64,000 bases of DNA, from assembly GCA_963843575.1 (NCBI GenBank), contig CAWJKZ010000010.1:544001-608000 (forward strand), read 5' to 3'. The notes below the pieces were generated by a model, which was given only the letters and a program-made list of their open reading frames with translations, searched no databases and was not told where the DNA came from. Made by a program: the position numbers and the translations under genes. Shown one piece after another: positions 61,154-64,000 of the stretch. Origin of the DNA: an uncultured Acidobacteriota bacterium (GTDB taxonomy: Bacteria; Acidobacteriota; UBA6911). Every line of letters starts with the position of its first letter. The first letter of the stretch is position 1.

Positions 61154-62801
61154 TCAGTTCACCGTTGCCTTTATTGCGACGGTGACCCGCTTGGCGACGC
61201 CTCCCGCGGTGACCATCACGAAGTTCAGCCTGTCATCGAGGTTGAGCACCCCTTGAGCGGCAACGACGCTGCTGCTGGTGGCGCCTGAAGGTGAACAGGT
61301 CAGATTACCGACCAGGATGTCGGCAACGGCGCCACTATCGCGCTGAAGGTTTATGACAGGCGATCCCGCGTCGGAGAAGCAGGTCACCGAATTGATGGTC
61401 ATGGCGCCTGTGAGGTTGACGAAAATCGTGCGCTGATCGTCGGAATCGGTCAGGACGCTGCAGCTGTCGCAACCGGCCAGATAGGTGACAGACCGGATGC
61501 GCGCCGCAAGGCTCGAAGTCAGGCTGCTGCCGTCCGGGAAAACGATCCCGTTGCCCGTGCCCGTGACCTTGACATTACCGGCGACCTCGAGCCGTTGCGT
61601 CGGATTCATGGTCCCGATACCGACTCTCCCGCTGGTATCGACCGTCATCCTGGTGTTCTTGTTTGTGTAGATGCGGAACGGATGATTGCTGGTGGTCCCG
61701 AAATAACCTCCGTCCATTGCTATGGACTGCATCTCCTGCGTCACGCTTCCGGCGACCAAGGCCAGACGGGACCGGCTGAGATCGGCGGTGTCCGCCGCAT
61801 TCGTCAGCTGCAGGTAGGTCGATGCGTTCTGGTCTTTTCTGATCTCGAGGAGCCGCGACGGGGTGGTCGTGCCGATGCCGACGTTGCCGGAGGACTCGAA
61901 CAAGACCGAATCTCCGAGATCCGACGCGCTGACGAATTTTGCGATCCGCCCGGTTGTGCCCAGTGATGCAAGCACGGGGGTGACCGCGCCGACGGTCGAA
62001 AGAACCCGCGTGACCTTGCCGGCCGTGTTCCCGGAGCCCGTTTTCCCGCGCAATTCTATTCCGGCCGGTGCCTCGTTGGAGGAGCTGTCTGAAACCAGAA
62101 CCGGGTACCCGCTATCCATCTTCAGGATCGTCCCGTCGGAAAACTGAATACCTTCCGACGCGCGGATCAGGCCTGCGACATCCAGTTTCGCGCGCGGTTC
62201 CTTTACTCCGACCCCAAGGTTCCCTTCCGGTGTGAGCCGCAGGTGGGGGGCCGAATCGGCGGACATGCTGCCCGCCTGAAAGTTCAGGCCGCCGGCCGCA
62301 CTCTCGATCCAACCTTCCGTGCCGTCGTGCGAAACGATAGTGAACGGGGACGACTCCCCGGTCTTCAGGATCACGATGCTGTCGTGCTCGTCCGAGGGTT
62401 CGTCCGGCGTGTCCCTGTCGTAGAACGCGGCGGCTCCGTCCTTCACGCGGAGCACAGCCAGGCTGCGGCTCTGGCGACCGTGAAGATCGGCGACGGTGAC
62501 GAGGCAGCCATAGAGTCCATCGGGGAGTACCGCTCCACCCTGGTCCCTTGTGGTCCATTCAAGGCGGTTGCCGGGCTGGCGGCGGGAGTCGTAGACGACC
62601 TCGCCAACAGTGGAGAGGACCTGCAGCTGGATGTGTCGAGTGAGAGCGAGCGCGGCGAAGCGGATCCGGTCATTCGATGCGGCAGCCGTCACCAGGAGAG
62701 TGGCATCGTCCGGGTCACTGATGCGAGCGCGGGCGGGGCTCTGCGCATGAAGGGACGGGAACGGCTAGGACGATCGATAGCAATACAGAAGGTCGAAACA
62801 T
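61154..62801 (-). CDS. Secreted protein with FlgD-Ig-like N-domain and GNVGIGTxxP repeats (frameshift at about 62750)
   Basis: Signal peptide from the ATG at 62801; LEWTTRDQGGAVLPDGLY; GNLGVGVKEP, GNVGIGTTTP, GRVGIGTMNP. Confidence 0.75.
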
Positions 62802-63012
62802 GGCATGGCTCCATTCGGGACCACCTTTCCACTATTCGACCCACACCGCGAGCTGGGGATCTGTGCGGCCGGCTACCCGCTCTGCTTTACATGGGGCATC
62901 CGTGGCAGCTGTAGCATATTTCAATTCTGGAAGAAAAGAAACAACACCCACACCGGTCTGCAAGTTCTCTCGCACTCGATTCGAAAAGGGTACTGTGGCT
63001 GGGTATTATTCA

Positions 63013-63095
63013 GGACGCGGATGCGCGCGGATCCCCACGGATCGACCTGGCGACAGGCCGCGTGAATCCGTTGGATCCGCGGAATCTGCGTTCTG
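63013..63095. repeat. Family C palindromic repeat
   Basis: GACGCGGATGCGCGCGGATCCCCACGGAT...ATCCGTTGGATCCGCGGAATCTGCGTT. Confidence 0.78.
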
Positions 63096-63148
63096 TTTTG
63101 GCATTTTTCTTTAATCGCCGGTGTTCGATAGGTATCGGGTATGGCTGC

Positions 63149-64000
63149 TCAGTTGGCTTTCGAACGAAGCGGCGCGCTCTGCCAATCGTCGGCCGCAAGG
63201 CCGTTCAGGTCCCAGACCACGCGGCCGGCGCGGATGGTCAGTTCCCCCACCAACTTCTGCGCGCCGTTCATGCGCCTGCCGGCGGCATCGAGGAAACCGA
63301 AGTCGCCCTTGACCAGCCGCAGCACGGCGATGTCCGCCGGGGCTCCCACCGACAGATGGCCAAGTTCTTCGTGGTGGATCTCGCGGGCGGGATTCCACGT
63401 GGAACGTGCGACCACATCCTCGAGCGACATCCCGAGGGCCAGGAACTTCGACATCACGTTGAGCATGTCCTTCATGCCGGCGTTCATGCTGCTCACGTGC
63501 AGGTCGGTGGAAATCGAATCGGGGACGAAGCCCTGCCGCACCGCCGGGACGGCCTGCCGCCACAGGAAGCTGCCGCCGCCGTGGCCCACGTCGAAGATCA
63601 CGCCGCGCTTGCGGGCTTCGAACAGGTACGGCAGGACCTTGCCCTCCGCGTCCAGCATGGGGACGGCCCCCAGGTACAGATGCGTGTAGATATCCCCCGG
63701 ACGGAGGTGTTCCAGCACGAGTTGCTGGAACGGCCGTTCCTTGCGGAACTCGGCGAAATCCACCATCACGGGCAGTTTGGCCAGGCGGCCGGCCTCCACG
63801 GCGCGGTCGACGGCGATCCACTCGGGTCCGGCGTAGTGCGCGATCTTGATCCCCACGATGAGGCCGGGGTAGCGCGCGGCTTCCGCCGCGGTCCGCTCGG
63901 GCTCCATGTCGCTGGTGTCCTGCTCGGTGGTCTCGCGGCCCCCCATGCCCTTCCCCACGATGTTCAGGAATGCCAGCACGCGCGTTCGGGAAGTATCGAT
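63149..64000 (-). CDS. Dihydroorotase-like amidohydrolase/deacetylase, 5'-truncated by the window edge
   Basis: IVGIK, LRPGDIYTH, FDVGHGGGSF, ISTDLH, STWNPA, GAPADIAVL. Confidence 0.92.
   Translation of the reverse strand: MDTSRTRVLAFLNIVGKGMGGRETTEQDTSDMEPERTAAEAARYPGLIVGIKIAHYAGPEWIAVDRAVEAGRLAKLPVMVDFAEFRKERPFQQLVLEHLRPGDIYTHLYLGAVPMLDAEGKVLPYLFEARKRGVIFDVGHGGGSFLWRQAVPAVRQGFVPDSISTDLHVSSMNAGMKDMLNVMSKFLALGMSLEDVVARSTWNPAREIHHEELGHLSVGAPADIAVLRLVKGDFGFLDAAGRRMNGAQKLVGELTIRAGRVVWDLNGLAADDWQSAPLRSKAN

Noticed and set aside
61154-62801. Phage tail fibre gene
   Set aside because: It has a signal peptide and there are no phage genes nearby; these repeats also occur in cellular surface proteins.

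Overview
GC-rich bacterial window, probably Acidobacteriota (inferred from the gene complement). Many conserved genes carry single-base frameshifts, most likely long-read consensus errors. 1-48 kb is mostly housekeeping and envelope genes: rnhB, S1/P1 nuclease, gltBD, MacB-like permeases, a TonB-dependent-like barrel, an Hfq paralogue, TerC, sialidase, PqaA, an RND efflux triplet, DegQ, a CE15 esterase, class II fba, PPi-PFK, an aldo-keto reductase and a DEAD-box helicase. The intergenic spaces hold three REP-like repeat families, a 361-bp MITE with a 10-bp target duplication, an internally deleted group II intron whose empty target site lies 1.6 kb away, and a norB/norR relic. 48.4-59.4 kb is an accessory arsenic/anion region: arsC, then a minus-strand operon arsR-gcvH-DGC-DGC-osmC(no resolving Cys)-proC-like-Trx(arsE)-Cys-rich ORF-arsF-arsG, then arsR-acr3, gene debris, an orphan fluoride riboswitch and a DUF433/PIN toxin-antitoxin pair. 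The best candidate for an undescribed system is this ArsR-led operon, which puts a stand-alone lipoyl carrier next to an OsmC and an ArsEFG-like module. All family assignments are by motif recognition only; no database searches were run.
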